This document shows, in pieces, positions 62,090-64,000 of a stretch of DNA of 64,000 nt. Below the pieces are notes generated by a model. That model worked only from the letters and a program-made list of their open reading frames with translations. It was not told where the DNA came from and ran no database searches. Position 1 is the first letter of the stretch. The number at the start of each line of letters is the position of its first letter. This DNA is from Stegostoma tigrinum. Taxonomy: Eukaryota. Location of the stretch: assembly GCF_030684315.1 (NCBI RefSeq), contig NC_081371.1, forward strand, positions 48,862,390-48,926,389, read 5' to 3'. Made by a program: the position numbers and the translations under genes.

Positions 62090-64000
62090 GTAATGCCATT
62101 TCTGCTGTATTCTCATAAAATCTCACATTTCAATGTCATATTTGCACTTAAAAATGATTTTAAAGTTGAATTAAAACTTTAACAATATAGATGTTAAACA
62201 ATGATATGTAGATATATAGTCAATATTTGATAACCATATCTGGTCTTACTCTCATGGAATTGCGGTTTGAGGAAAAGGTCAGACTTGAATGAAAGAATAG
62301 GTTTAAGTATCCAATTCCAGCTCACATTTTTATTTTCTTTCAGAATCATCTGGAATTCCTATTGATTGTTGCATGTACAAAACAATCAGCAGGTTTTCTT
62401 CCGATGCTTTCTTGGCCATTCTCCTATCTTCTGCACCTCGTAAACCTGAACTGATGCAAAACTCTGCTCATTCACATGACCTTCCATTTTTCTGCCACTA
62501 CTTCTGTCAGAACTGCCTTGCTTCCTCTCTTGGCAACACTGAATTTAAAATTCATATCCTTTGGCCAAGTCCTTCCGTGGCCTTCACCCTTTCTATTCCT
62601 GTAATCTCCTCCAACCCTCCGTGATCTGTGCTCTTCCAAATCCTGCCTGCTACACATTCCTGATTTTTCATTCAGCCACTGGCCATGTGAGCCTTCTCCA
62701 CCAATTGATAAAACCATGGCAGATCCAACTAGTGCACGTTCCTTACTACCCCGATAACTGTTCATCTCTTTTCTTCTCAAGAACCCATCATCCTACGCCC
62801 ATAAAAATTCCAACTTTGCTTTCACTGCCTTTCAAAGAAGAGAGTTTCAATGACTCGTAACCCTTTGAGAAAAACAGATCTCATCTCTGCTTTAAATGTG
62901 CCAGGAATTCTCTCCCCCAGCCAACAATAGAGGACTGGATCTTTGATTGTATTTGAGGCTGAGGTAGTTGAATCTTTGACAAGTGAGTTGAGAGTAATAG
63001 GTGTGGGCAGAAAAGCACATTTCAGGGCACGATCAAATCAACCCTGAACTTATCGAATGGTGACCTAACTCTCTTGTTTTCAAGAACAAGAAAGAAACCT
63101 AGCCTGTCAAATCTTTCCTGATGTTTGTTTCCACTCATTTCTGCTGTTGCCCTCATAAACTTTCTTTCTGTATTCAAAAGTATCTAATCCTTTTCATAAT
63201 AATAAATCTAACCCAAGGTTCACTGTAGTTTTCTAAATACCTCCCAACTTTTCATTCTAACCCACAGGATATGAAGCCTTGTTTTTGTTTTCTTTTTAAT
63301 GCTCACCTCTGTTCCAACTTTTAGTGATTGATGCACTTTCACTCTAAGATCCCTTGGTTCCTCTACCCAGCATCTTCCAAATAATGTGGCCTCCCTCGTC
63401 TTCCGACCAATATGTACCATTTCTGAAACAAGATTCCAAAATGTAACTAACTGCTTTCTGTCTGAAGGAACTTTTTTGTTTCCATTTTCCTCACTCTTCT
63501 CCTGTTGTGCCTCCTCCAATATAAATAATGTTACTGTTTACTAATCTAGTATTTTTAAAATAATCTTTACTCTTAATCTAATACAGTTTACTACATACAC
63601 TTCAAAATCATGAAGGTTTTCATCAGGCCATTCCTTGCCACCCATAACTTCTCAAGCTTTGCTTCATAGCTTTAAGTCCCATCTTTAATGAAATCCTTGT
63701 TCACTAATTTTGTCTCTTAGTCACTATTTTCAGATCCTGCCTAAACTGTAAGGGTAAGGATATTGCCATAAGTTCTTTTAGCACGAAAAAGGCCCTTCGG
63801 CCTGTCAAGTTCATGCTGGTCGTCAAACATGTATCTACCCAACTCCACTTTCCAGCACTTGTTCTGTAGCTTTGTATACCACGGCACTTCAAGTGGTCCT
63901 TTAAATACTACTTAAATATTGTCATAGTTCTTGCCTCTACCACTTTTTCAGCCAGTAAGTTCCAGAAACCTACCATCCCAGTGGAAAAAAACTTATTTAA

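Overview
Eukaryotic (vertebrate) genomic DNA, not prokaryotic. The repeat content (HE1-like V-SINEs, Deu-domain SINEs, CR1/L2 LINEs, Penelope-like elements) points to a cartilaginous fish, probably a shark; this is inferred. The window holds the 5' half of CEP290 on the minus strand: a putative non-coding exon 1 near 52977-53090 and coding exons 2-21 from 40244 down to 337. All coding exons have GT-AG boundaries and consistent phases. TMTC3 starts head-to-head on the plus strand (putative exon 1 ending at 57231; first coding exon 61901-62089). The introns are packed with nested retroelements. Main observations: (1) Two extra in-frame candidate exons lie in CEP290 intron 18: a 516-nt exon and a 93-nt exon that looks like a diverged duplicate of exon 19. 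(2) A young Neptune-type Penelope-like element (PLE) has an open RT plus GIY-YIG frame, a 14-bp TSD and an intact minimal hammerhead ribozyme core; roughly 15-20 short fragments of related 3' ends are scattered through the window. (3) A 29-bp G-rich tandem array copied from the PLE RT coding sequence sits exactly at a PLE inversion junction. (4) A 1.4-kb minisatellite with palindromic units and a decay gradient lies next to the CEP290 promoter. (5) The CEP290 and TMTC3 promoters are about 3.9 kb apart, with retroelements filling most of the gap. Human exon sizes and peptides used for comparison are recalled from memory, not looked up.
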